In this document: in pieces, positions 23,777 through 30,601 of the stretch | Numbering within the stretch: position 1 is the first letter of the stretch | Layout of the letters: each line of letters opens with the position of its first letter | Source of the DNA: Candidatus Nitrosotalea bavarica | GTDB lineage: Archaea > Thermoproteota > Nitrososphaeria > Nitrososphaerales > Nitrosopumilaceae | Direction of reading: 5' to 3' | DNA length: 32,000 bases | NCBI RefSeq assembly: GCF_900167955.1 | Contig: NZ_FUYK01000001.1 | Location: forward strand, 98,782 to 130,781 | Position numbers and translations under genes: made by a program | The notes under the pieces: model-generated | Databases searched by the model: none | The model's input: the letters and a program-made list of their open reading frames with translations, nothing else | Told to the model about the DNA's origin: nothing

Positions 23777-24508
23777 CTCTTGAAGTTTTAGTGCTTCAAG
23801 TTGAGGATTTTTTGAATTAAGGATTGTTCTTCCTACAATTAAATAATTTGCACCTGCATTCAAGGCATTATTTGGATTGCCTCCTTGAGTTCCAACCCCA
23901 GGTGAATAAATCTCAAATCTTCCTTTTACTTTTTTGCTTGATGATTCTATGAGTTTTGGAACAGTTGCTCCAACAACAATGCCGTCAACATGTAAAGAAT
24001 ATGACCATTTTAAGAAAAGTTCATGAAGGGTTAACATTTTTTTAGTACTTGGATCTTGGGCTCTTAGGCCATATCCCAATTTTGCTCCCGGATGACTCAT
24101 GTGTACTAGAGTTATGACACCTCGATTGTTATTATGGGCATTTTTTACAACTTCGGATAAATTTTCAGGTCCCATAATTGGATTTACAATTACTGCATCA
24201 AATCCACTTTGCCATAGTCTTTGTAAAGTTATCAGATTAGTATTTCCAATGTCATTTAGTTTTATGTCAGCTATTGTTTGTAATCCAAAATCGTGTGCAA
24301 CTTTATTTATTTTTTTTATATTTTTCTCACCAAGTGGTAACAATAGATGAAAATTAAATTTTATAGCACAGAGATATTTTCCCAGTGTTTTGATATTTTT
24401 CATAGTTTTTTTCTCAAGTAGTTCAATATTTTTATCATCAAGATCATTTGCTAATATTATGGAACTTCTCAAAGAAGAATCCTTCATTCTTTTTCTGAAA
24501 TTACTCAT
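23759..24508 (-). CDS. pyrF: Orotidine 5'-phosphate decarboxylase
   Basis: 249 aa. Motifs: LILANDL, KFNFHLL, IADIKLNDIGNT, VIVNP, YSPGVGTQGG, LIVGRTI. Confidence 0.85.
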   Translation of the reverse strand: MSNFRKRMKDSSLRSSIILANDLDDKNIELLEKKTMKNIKTLGKYLCAIKFNFHLLLPLGEKNIKKINKVAHDFGLQTIADIKLNDIGNTNLITLQRLWQSGFDAVIVNPIMGPENLSEVVKNAHNNNRGVITLVHMSHPGAKLGYGLRAQDPSTKKMLTLHELFLKWSYSLHVDGIVVGATVPKLIESSSKKVKGRFEIYSPGVGTQGGNPNNALNAGANYLIVGRTILNSKNPQLEALKLQELTLKS

Positions 24509-25161
24509 AGCTTGACTAGAGGATGCTTACCTTTGAGTTTTATCACTTTAAGGTACGAGTATCCATGGTCATTTACCGTATTAACAAAAGATGGCTCTAT
24601 GCCATCTTTGCTAGAATATTTCAAAAATGGTTTCGTAGGTTCGTAATCAAGTTTAACATGACAAAAATACGAAGTCTCGTCAGACTCGTTAAAATTCATG
24701 AAAACTCCAACATACCAATTAGTTCCATCTGGAAAAGCAAAGAGTGGAAACGGTGATTCTTCAAATCCATAACTTAGTTTAATCAAACTTGTAAGATCTT
24801 CAAGTTCTATTGATTCGTATACAACTTCGGGAAGTGACGCTGTTTCGGGTTTTAGAGTTTCAGGAAGTGATTTGACTCGAACAATTGGAGAATAGAGGTA
24901 CATTGGATTTGATATAGTATTTACCATATCATAGTCCTCTTTTCCTGCCTTGAATCCATATGAAAGATAATGACCCTTTTTGTCAGTTTGGACATAGAAA
25001 TTAACAGATCTTTCTTTTAGAAGATCCATCTGTACTGAGATTATATTTTTTCCGTCAAGTTCAAAGGAAAAGGCAGTACGTGGAACTCGTTCTAATGCAC
25101 AAACCATTCTTGAGAATTCAGTCATATCTGTGACTTCGATGTAAAACGGAAGTTTTGCCAT
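24505..25161 (-). CDS. Hypothetical conserved-looking protein, translationally coupled to pyrF
   Basis: The ORF is open from TTG 25173. I prefer ATG 25161 (MAKLPFYIEV..., 218 aa). Its stop overlaps the pyrF start by 4 nt. No family recognised. Confidence 0.5.
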   Translation of the reverse strand: MAKLPFYIEVTDMTEFSRMVCALERVPRTAFSFELDGKNIISVQMDLLKERSVNFYVQTDKKGHYLSYGFKAGKEDYDMVNTISNPMYLYSPIVRVKSLPETLKPETASLPEVVYESIELEDLTSLIKLSYGFEESPFPLFAFPDGTNWYVGVFMNFNESDETSYFCHVKLDYEPTKPFLKYSSKDGIEPSFVNTVNDHGYSYLKVIKLKGKHPLVKL

Positions 25162-25216
25162 AGGATTTCTCAAAAATCATCCACATTAAAAGTAGTCGTT
25201 TGTGATTCTCTTTTCT

Positions 25217-26218
25217 TTATTGTCTTCTGTCAATTATATCGTATACATCTGGTCCAGTACCAATCAATGTAACAGGTACTTTGAGCTGGTCTTCAATATT
25301 TTTAATAAAATATTTAGCAGGGGAACTCAGGTCTGAAAATGATTGCATGTGTGCACATTCAGGAAAGACTACATCAAGTTTTGTAATTCCAAGTTGAGAT
25401 GCGCTGTTAAGCATAATTGATCTCTTTGCAAGATCAAAATCAAATTCAGCCGCTCGTCTTTGTCTTCCAGTAACTGTTCCCACTTCTTGCCATCCTTTTG
25501 CTACTGCCTCTTCCGGAGAAATCTCATTTTTTAAAGGACCTTCTCCAACTCTAGTGACAAATGCTTTGAAAACAACAAGTACTTCATCAACACTTTTGGG
25601 TCCAATTCCAACATCAGCGCATATTGCGGATGCTGTAACATCCTTTGATGTAACAAATGGATATGTTCCGTGCCATAATGAAAGATAGGTTCCTTGTGTT
25701 CCTTCCACAATTACATTTTCTTTTCTGTCTAGTGCAAAATTTACTTGGTTAGGAACATCGTCAAGATACAGAGTAAGAGATTCAATATCTTTTGCAAGTT
25801 TGAGCGTACGCATTGCTCTATCTGCATTAGCAGGTCCCGTACCAGTCCCAGTACTACCAATAGACTGTTTTAATCTACCACCAGAATCTGTTGTTCTGTG
25901 TGATTCTTCAATTATCCCACATTGAAAATCTACAAAAGTTCTATCTTGAGTGCTAAATTCTTCAATCTCTTTTAAAAGCACTTCTGGACTTACTACTACT
26001 CCAGGACCAACTAGTAATCTTGTGTTAGGATTCAAAAATGCACTTGGTAACATTCTAACTTTGTATTTTTTATTTGCATGTTCAATTGTATGGCCTGCAT
26101 TAGGTCCCACTCCACCCCGAACAGCTACAGTAGGATTGTCTTTTATTGCAAGATATGAAACGATCTTTCCTTTTCCCTCATCGCCATAAAAACCACCAAC
26201 GATAACTGTAGAAGGCAT
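25217..26218 (-). CDS. purA: Adenylosuccinate synthetase (short archaeal type)
   Basis: Motifs: VIVGGFYGDEGKGKIV, GPNAGHT, GSTGTGTGPA, GTVTGRQRR. The track starts at TTG 26233. ATG 26218 (MPSTVIVGG...) is more plausible. Confidence 0.9.
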   Translation of the reverse strand: MPSTVIVGGFYGDEGKGKIVSYLAIKDNPTVAVRGGVGPNAGHTIEHANKKYKVRMLPSAFLNPNTRLLVGPGVVVSPEVLLKEIEEFSTQDRTFVDFQCGIIEESHRTTDSGGRLKQSIGSTGTGTGPANADRAMRTLKLAKDIESLTLYLDDVPNQVNFALDRKENVIVEGTQGTYLSLWHGTYPFVTSKDVTASAICADVGIGPKSVDEVLVVFKAFVTRVGEGPLKNEISPEEAVAKGWQEVGTVTGRQRRAAEFDFDLAKRSIMLNSASQLGITKLDVVFPECAHMQSFSDLSSPAKYFIKNIEDQLKVPVTLIGTGPDVYDIIDRRQ

Positions 26219-26296
26219 ACAGGGAGAGCACAACCGGAGATATTTAAGCCAAATCTTATCAATAGGATTTTAGAATCGATCCAGTCACAAACTGAC

Positions 26297-26758
26297 ATGT
26301 CTTCTCCAAATCATGCTGGAAACATCATAGTAAATTTAGCAGGACTTCCAGAGTTTCTAAGAAAGCCGATATTAAAAAAGAGATTATCAGAGTTTTTCAC
26401 CATGAATCAAGAGGACAAGAAAGAGATCATAAATAACGCGTTACAAGCCGGGCCCACAATACAATTTGACAAATTTTCTACCTTGTTTAAGACATGGCTT
26501 GAAATTCTCTGTAGCTTGTCCGAAGAACAGAGAACAATCATGTTTTCTAATTATATCAATGAGATAACAAATCATCCAGAAAAACTAATTGCCTTTAACC
26601 TGGATGGAATTTTTGAGATCTTCATGTCACTACCCGCCGAACAAAGAACCGTACTTTCAGCAACCCTTAAGGAGATAGTCAGATCGTTTGATGAGAAGGA
26701 CAGGAAAAAAATAAACATGATAATTCCAGAGAGCGCAAAAAAGGAAATCGGCATCTAA
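26297..26758 (+). CDS. Hypothetical helical protein with an internal duplicated ...L(S/P)xEQRT... segment
   Basis: 153 aa with an ATG start. FKTWLEILCSLSEEQRTIMFSNYINEI and IFEIFMSLPAEQRTVLSATLKEIV are visibly related. No family recognised. Confidence 0.45.
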   Translation: MSSPNHAGNIIVNLAGLPEFLRKPILKKRLSEFFTMNQEDKKEIINNALQAGPTIQFDKFSTLFKTWLEILCSLSEEQRTIMFSNYINEITNHPEKLIAFNLDGIFEIFMSLPAEQRTVLSATLKEIVRSFDEKDRKKINMIIPESAKKEIGI

Positions 26759-27048
26759 AGCGGACTGTCTGGTTTTCTCTTATTTTCATCAGCGAAATTT
26801 ATTACATCTCCCTCAGGAGTCATAACACCAACGAATACTTTTTCGTATTTTTTAACTACCTTTCTATGATCAGCCATTGACATGTCTAATTTCATTTCAT
26901 TCATAACCATGATTCGGTACTGCCTCCATTCTTCCCAACATTTGTTGCAGCAAGGATACGCGGAAGCAAAAGGATCAAGTTCGACGCCATCTGGAATTTC
27001 TGTTTTACATTTGGTACATATTTTTACCATAGTAAGACACCGAATCAT
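26755..27048 (-). CDS. YggX-like Fe(2+)-trafficking / oxidative-damage protection protein with a Cys-rich N-terminus
   Basis: 97 aa (alternative ATG at 27030). CWEEWRQYRIMVMNEMKLDMSMADHRKVVKKYEKVF parallels the YggX core as I recall it (W..W......INE.KLN......R..L...M..F). The N-terminus carries CTKC...CCNKC. Confidence 0.55.
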   Translation of the reverse strand: MIRCLTMVKICTKCKTEIPDGVELDPFASAYPCCNKCWEEWRQYRIMVMNEMKLDMSMADHRKVVKKYEKVFVGVMTPEGDVINFADENKRKPDSPL

Positions 27049-27168
27049 AGCAATTTAATTCTTTAAGAGACCATTGGTATAGAGTACGTTAATTGTTCTA
27101 ATTTTATCAAGAGAGTATTTTCCTGTTATCTTGAGAAGAGATAATAGGTCTTGGCGACAATATAGAAC

Positions 27169-27375
27169 ATGAAAATAAAATGTCCCAAGTGTGATAAAAT
27201 TGCCGAATTGGGAGATGATTTCACATACGTCAAGTGTTCACATTGTTCTCTTGACATGTCATATGGTGAATATATCAAATTTATTGCTTACAAGGACGCA
27301 AGATACTCGGATGTTTTGGGAGATTATACATCAGATACCAAAGGTACTACATCCGGAACTCTTGATGAATGGTAG
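27169..27375 (+). CDS. Small zinc-ribbon protein
   Basis: 68 aa. MKIKCPKCDK...VKCSHCS gives a CPxC...CxxC arrangement. Confidence 0.5.
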   Translation: MKIKCPKCDKIAELGDDFTYVKCSHCSLDMSYGEYIKFIAYKDARYSDVLGDYTSDTKGTTSGTLDEW

Positions 27376-27392
27376 AAAAAAATCCACTACAA

Positions 27393-27414
27393 GCCTTATG
27401 TAATTTCATAAGGC
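27393..27414. other. Perfect 8-bp stem / 6-nt loop hairpin between two co-directional genes
   Basis: gccttatg-taattt-cataaggc, 18 nt after the stop at 27375 and 12 nt before TTG 27426. The function (terminator, processing or binding site) is not determinable here. Confidence 0.3.
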
Positions 27415-27425
27415 AACATACCTAA

Positions 27426-28061
27426 TTGGAATTTGTTCTCGAGTCTGCCCTAAATCTATTGGGCTTTGTAGTAGGACTGGTCTTGGGTATTTTTGCATAT
27501 ATCGGATTCAAAAATACTGGTAGTCCCACTCTCTTTAGATTAAGCATCTCATTCTTTTCAATCAGCATAGGATTTGGAGTTGTAGGATTTGGTTTTCTCA
27601 TCGAGTCTCTTGTCTTGGGTTATGCCAAACTAGACACTTGGATTCAGACTCTGGGACTAGGGATTCAGACTATAGGATATTTTTTCATAGCGTTCTCTCA
27701 TGGAATAAAATCATTTTTCCCAAAATCAAGATATTTCAAATCAATTGCAATGCCTCTTTTCATTATTCCAGGTAATTCAATTGAGCACATTATAAGGTCA
27801 ATTTCTTTTATCCTATTGGTATATGGGACAATTGAAACAATATTGTCATACATGGAAAATAGAAAGAGGAGTACTATTTTCGTAGCCGCAGGCCTTGGGT
27901 TGCTAGCATTAGGCGAATTTTTGGGTTGGTATTCTATTGTATTTCCAAAATCAGTTTTGTATTTCATTTCAGTTTCAACAAAGATAGTAGGATTGGGAGC
28001 ACTTTTCGTTCCAATTTCCCAGGTTCCACTGAGAGGAGCAAGATTTGGCAATAACATATAG
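27426..28061 (+). CDS. Polytopic membrane protein (about 6 TM), unknown function
   Basis: 211 aa with a TTG start. Successive hydrophobic stretches: LLGFVVGLVLGIFAYIGF, ISIGFGVVGFGFLIESLVL, GIQTIGYFFIAFS, ISFILLVYGTIETIL, IFVAAGLGLLALGEFLGWYSIVF, IVGLGALFVPI. Confidence 0.6.
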   Translation: MEFVLESALNLLGFVVGLVLGIFAYIGFKNTGSPTLFRLSISFFSISIGFGVVGFGFLIESLVLGYAKLDTWIQTLGLGIQTIGYFFIAFSHGIKSFFPKSRYFKSIAMPLFIIPGNSIEHIIRSISFILLVYGTIETILSYMENRKRSTIFVAAGLGLLALGEFLGWYSIVFPKSVLYFISVSTKIVGLGALFVPISQVPLRGARFGNNI

Positions 28062-28068
28062 AACTCAT

Positions 28069-28335
28069 ATGAGTATAATTGGAGACATTCTCTCCACAGC
28101 AAGAGATGAAGTTCCAGATGAATCAGGTGCTAGTATAACTTACCTTATACGAAAAGCAAATATTTCATATGCTAGACTTTCAAAAATTTTAGATACACTT
28201 GTTTCACAAGGACTTTTGGAACAGAGTAATTCTGACAGGGCCTGCAAATATAGAATAAGCAACAGAGGTAGAGAGTTTCTTCAGGCATATCGTGGATTCA
28301 GAGAGTTTGCCGATTCATTTGGATTAAGAATTTAA
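28069..28335 (+). CDS. Small winged-helix DNA-binding protein
   Basis: The ORF is open from TTG 28045. ATG 28069 (MSIIGDIL..., 88 aa) lies 8 nt after the upstream stop. ITYLIRKANISYARLSKILDTLVSQGLLEQ is wHTH-like. Confidence 0.6.
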   Translation: MSIIGDILSTARDEVPDESGASITYLIRKANISYARLSKILDTLVSQGLLEQSNSDRACKYRISNRGREFLQAYRGFREFADSFGLRI

Positions 28336-28427
28336 CTTTCCCCTTCGTCTACTATCTCTTCAGTTTCATCTTCTACATCGTCGTCCTCAAAGGCATCTTC
28401 AAAGTCATTCTCGTAATTCTCGGCCAT
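28332..28427 (-). CDS. Possible 31-aa hyper-acidic micro-ORF (speculative)
   Basis: Hand translation: MAENYENDFEDAFEDDDVEDETEEIVDEGES, from ATG 28427 to a TAA at 28334..28332. It lies in a gap with no other plausible gene. Confidence 0.2.
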   Translation of the reverse strand: MAENYENDFEDAFEDDDVEDETEEIVDEGES

Positions 28428-28504
28428 ATCACTCACAGAAAATATTTTCCTATAAAAGACTTGCACAGTACTAACATTACTATTGCTACCTCAACTGGTT
28501 GATT

Positions 28505-28606
28505 TTACGCTACCCAACCGCCACATGAAATGCAGATTTGCATCCCATCTTCGTCTTCATATGTTTCTCCACCAGGAGGACATTGGCATTGTGATACTTC
28601 GTCCAT
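28505..28606 (-). CDS. Possible 33-aa Cys-rich micro-ORF (CxC...CxxC), speculative
   Basis: Hand translation: MDEVSQCQCPPGGETYEDEDGMQICISCGGWVA, from ATG 28606 to TAA 28507..28505. It is antisense to the implausible N-terminal extension of the tsaC ORF. Confidence 0.3.
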   Translation of the reverse strand: MDEVSQCQCPPGGETYEDEDGMQICISCGGWVA

Positions 28607-28680
28607 CAGATATAATATGCATTCCAACTTATATCATTTTCATAAGAAGAGATAATTTACTATTAAACACCCAAAGAAAT

Positions 28681-29271
28681 ATGATTCTTCCTTGCAATGA
28701 AAGTGGAATTAAAGCTGCACATGATGCCATAAAAAAAGGAGGAGTTGTGGTATTTCCTACGGATACAGTTTATGGAGTAGGATGCGATCCATACAATCAG
28801 GATGCAATTAACAAAATATACAATATCAAAGGTAGGGATAAAACAAAACAGCTTCCCGTTCTTGCATATTCAAAAAAAGAGATAAAAGATATAGCGTATT
28901 TTGACGAAAATTCAGAAAAAATCTCAGATAAATTCTGGCCTGGTTCCCTTACATTAATTCTAAAAGTCAAGGACAAGAAAATTGAAGAGTCATTGGGTCT
29001 TCAAGGTAAGATTGCAGTCAGAGTTCCAAATCATCCATGCGTGCTTGCTCTTTTAAAAGAATGCAAATTACTGGTAGGAACTAGCGCAAATTTTTCTGGC
29101 CAGTCCTCATTTAACGATTCAAGTGAGATAGCAAGCAAATTCTCAGGCTATGATATATTGTTAGATGGAGGAAAAATTGTCAATTCGGGAGAATCTACAA
29201 TAGTACAGTTCGAAGGTAATGAGTTAAAAATAGTAAGAGAAGGTAAAATAAAATCGGAGTCTTTAGTTTGA
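28681..29271 (+). CDS. tsaC: L-threonylcarbamoyladenylate synthase, YrdC-domain-only (TsaC-type)
   Basis: Motifs: GGVVVFPTDTVYGVGCDP, IKGRDKTKQLPVL, FWPGSLTLIL, VRVPNHP, GTSANFSGQ. The track ORF starts at TTG 28483, but residues 1-66 are non-homologous Cys/His/Ile-rich junk. ATG 28681 gives 196 aa. Confidence 0.85.
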   Translation: MILPCNESGIKAAHDAIKKGGVVVFPTDTVYGVGCDPYNQDAINKIYNIKGRDKTKQLPVLAYSKKEIKDIAYFDENSEKISDKFWPGSLTLILKVKDKKIEESLGLQGKIAVRVPNHPCVLALLKECKLLVGTSANFSGQSSFNDSSEIASKFSGYDILLDGGKIVNSGESTIVQFEGNELKIVREGKIKSESLV

Positions 29272-29789
29272 ATTTGATTACAACCTGTAGTAGACACATG
29301 GAGGAGGAAGCGTGTGATGAAATTGCAGAAATTATTAAGGAACTTGGAGATACATCTCCAAGAATAGGCAAGTCAAGTTTCTCAGGAATAGTTTGGGTTG
29401 ACACTATAATCGATCCATTTGTTGTCATAGCAGAGATAAAAAAAATAACCCTTGATGAACCATGGAGAATGAGGTATTGTCACAGATTCATTCCAATTAG
29501 ACAATCCACTTCGTCTAGTCTTGAAAACATAGTAGAAAGTGTGAGAAACCAAATAAAAATAATGAAAGATACAGATGCATACAGAATTACAATTGAAAAA
29601 AGAGGCTCAGATATTTCCTCAAAGGAGCTAATAGATTCAGTTGCAGGAATAATTCCAAACAAGGTGTCTCTAGAGTCCTATGACTGGAATGTCATGATTC
29701 AGATCATGGGTGGGATAACAGGCATTTCAATACTAAAAGAAGAGGATATTGTCAGTACGTTAAAGCTCAAACGAGATTCAATGGAATAG
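29268..29789 (+). CDS. Stand-alone THUMP-domain RNA-binding protein
   Basis: 173 aa. The TTG start overlaps the tsaC stop by 4 nt. N-terminus LITTCSRHMEEEACDEIAEIIKELGD, then SGIVWV, ...RFIPI..., ...YRITIEKRG... . This is the layout of small archaeal THUMP proteins as I recall them. Confidence 0.65.
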   Translation: MNLITTCSRHMEEEACDEIAEIIKELGDTSPRIGKSSFSGIVWVDTIIDPFVVIAEIKKITLDEPWRMRYCHRFIPIRQSTSSSLENIVESVRNQIKIMKDTDAYRITIEKRGSDISSKELIDSVAGIIPNKVSLESYDWNVMIQIMGGITGISILKEEDIVSTLKLKRDSME

Positions 29790-30557
29790 TGTTGCAGACT
29801 TTTCTGCAAGTAAATCTTCCAAGGGCGTTTTAGAAAACACACAATCAAGTTGCTTTTTTGTTATTCTAAATTCTTTTTTTATCAATTTGGAATTATCTTT
29901 TGAAAATACATTGTCTTGCAAAAGATCTTTAATGTGATTGTAGAGTTTTTCAATCAGTGATTTTTTCCCAATTATTATCAATATAGAATCGGTGTTCTTT
30001 TTTACACCTACTTTAGAGATTGCATCACTAATTTGCCTAGTACATGCAAATCTCATTAGAATATCAGTCTCAATTTTATTAGAAAGTAAGGTGCCTGCCT
30101 TTTGAGCAGATAAAGAAATAGCAACTGTCTTTTGTACATGTTCTACATTCAAGACATATGACGCCCCAATTCCCTGGATGACAAGATTTGGATATCGCTC
30201 TCTAAGTGACTCGATAAATGTAATTGGATCTTCTGCAGTTTTTTTGAGTCGGACTAACTCTATAATATTTTTCATCAGACCAAATTGGATCCTCTTTGAT
30301 CTTCCACCATGAACTAACGGAATTATACTAATGACATCTCCACCTTTTAGTAAAGTCTCTTTTCCTTGCAATGCAGATGAATCAATGCCATTTACTGCAA
30401 CAAGGATATTGTTAGGATCAAGGTGTGGTAGATTGCTAGGAGTAGATTTTTCAAGATGGTCTAGTAGATCAGATATTGTCATAAGGTCACTTTCAATCTC
30501 AAGTTTATCAGATGAAAATGACTTTCTTGCTCCTCCCAGTAACTTGACAGTTAGCAT
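29778..30557 (-). CDS. cgi121: Fusion protein: N-terminal ubiquitin-like beta-grasp (MoaD/ThiS/SAMP-like, ending in Gly-Gly) + C-terminal Cgi121 (KEOPS subunit)
   Basis: 259 aa. Residues 1-85, MLTVKLLGGARKSF...ISDLLDHLEKS...ILVAVNGIDSS...LLKGGDVISIIPLVHGG, have the canonical MoaD/ThiS shape with a terminal-type GG at 84-85 (nt 30303-30308). Residues ~95-259 parallel archaeal Cgi121: VIQGIGASYVLNVEHVQKTVAISLSAQKAGTLLSNKIETDILMRFACTRQISDAISKVGVKK...ILIIIG. Confidence 0.7.
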   Translation of the reverse strand: MLTVKLLGGARKSFSSDKLEIESDLMTISDLLDHLEKSTPSNLPHLDPNNILVAVNGIDSSALQGKETLLKGGDVISIIPLVHGGRSKRIQFGLMKNIIELVRLKKTAEDPITFIESLRERYPNLVIQGIGASYVLNVEHVQKTVAISLSAQKAGTLLSNKIETDILMRFACTRQISDAISKVGVKKNTDSILIIIGKKSLIEKLYNHIKDLLQDNVFSKDNSKLIKKEFRITKKQLDCVFSKTPLEDLLAEKSATLFH

Positions 30558-30601
30558 ATTACCAAAAGAAGGACTGGCGTATATGGGATTTTTGTAAAAA
30601 C

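Noticed and set aside
27191-27403. A 70-aa ORF overlapping the 68-aa zinc-ribbon gene in another frame.
   Set aside because: The 27169 frame yields a clean CPxC...CxxC zinc ribbon starting at ATG. The alternative frame gives a featureless sequence.
28483-28680. The 66-residue N-terminal extension of the tsaC ORF in the track (MLPQLVDFTLPNRHMKCRFASHLRLHMF...).
   Set aside because: It bears no resemblance to YrdC/Sua5 N-termini, has an odd composition and starts at TTG. Homology begins right at ATG 28681, which is preceded by AT-rich promoter-like sequence.
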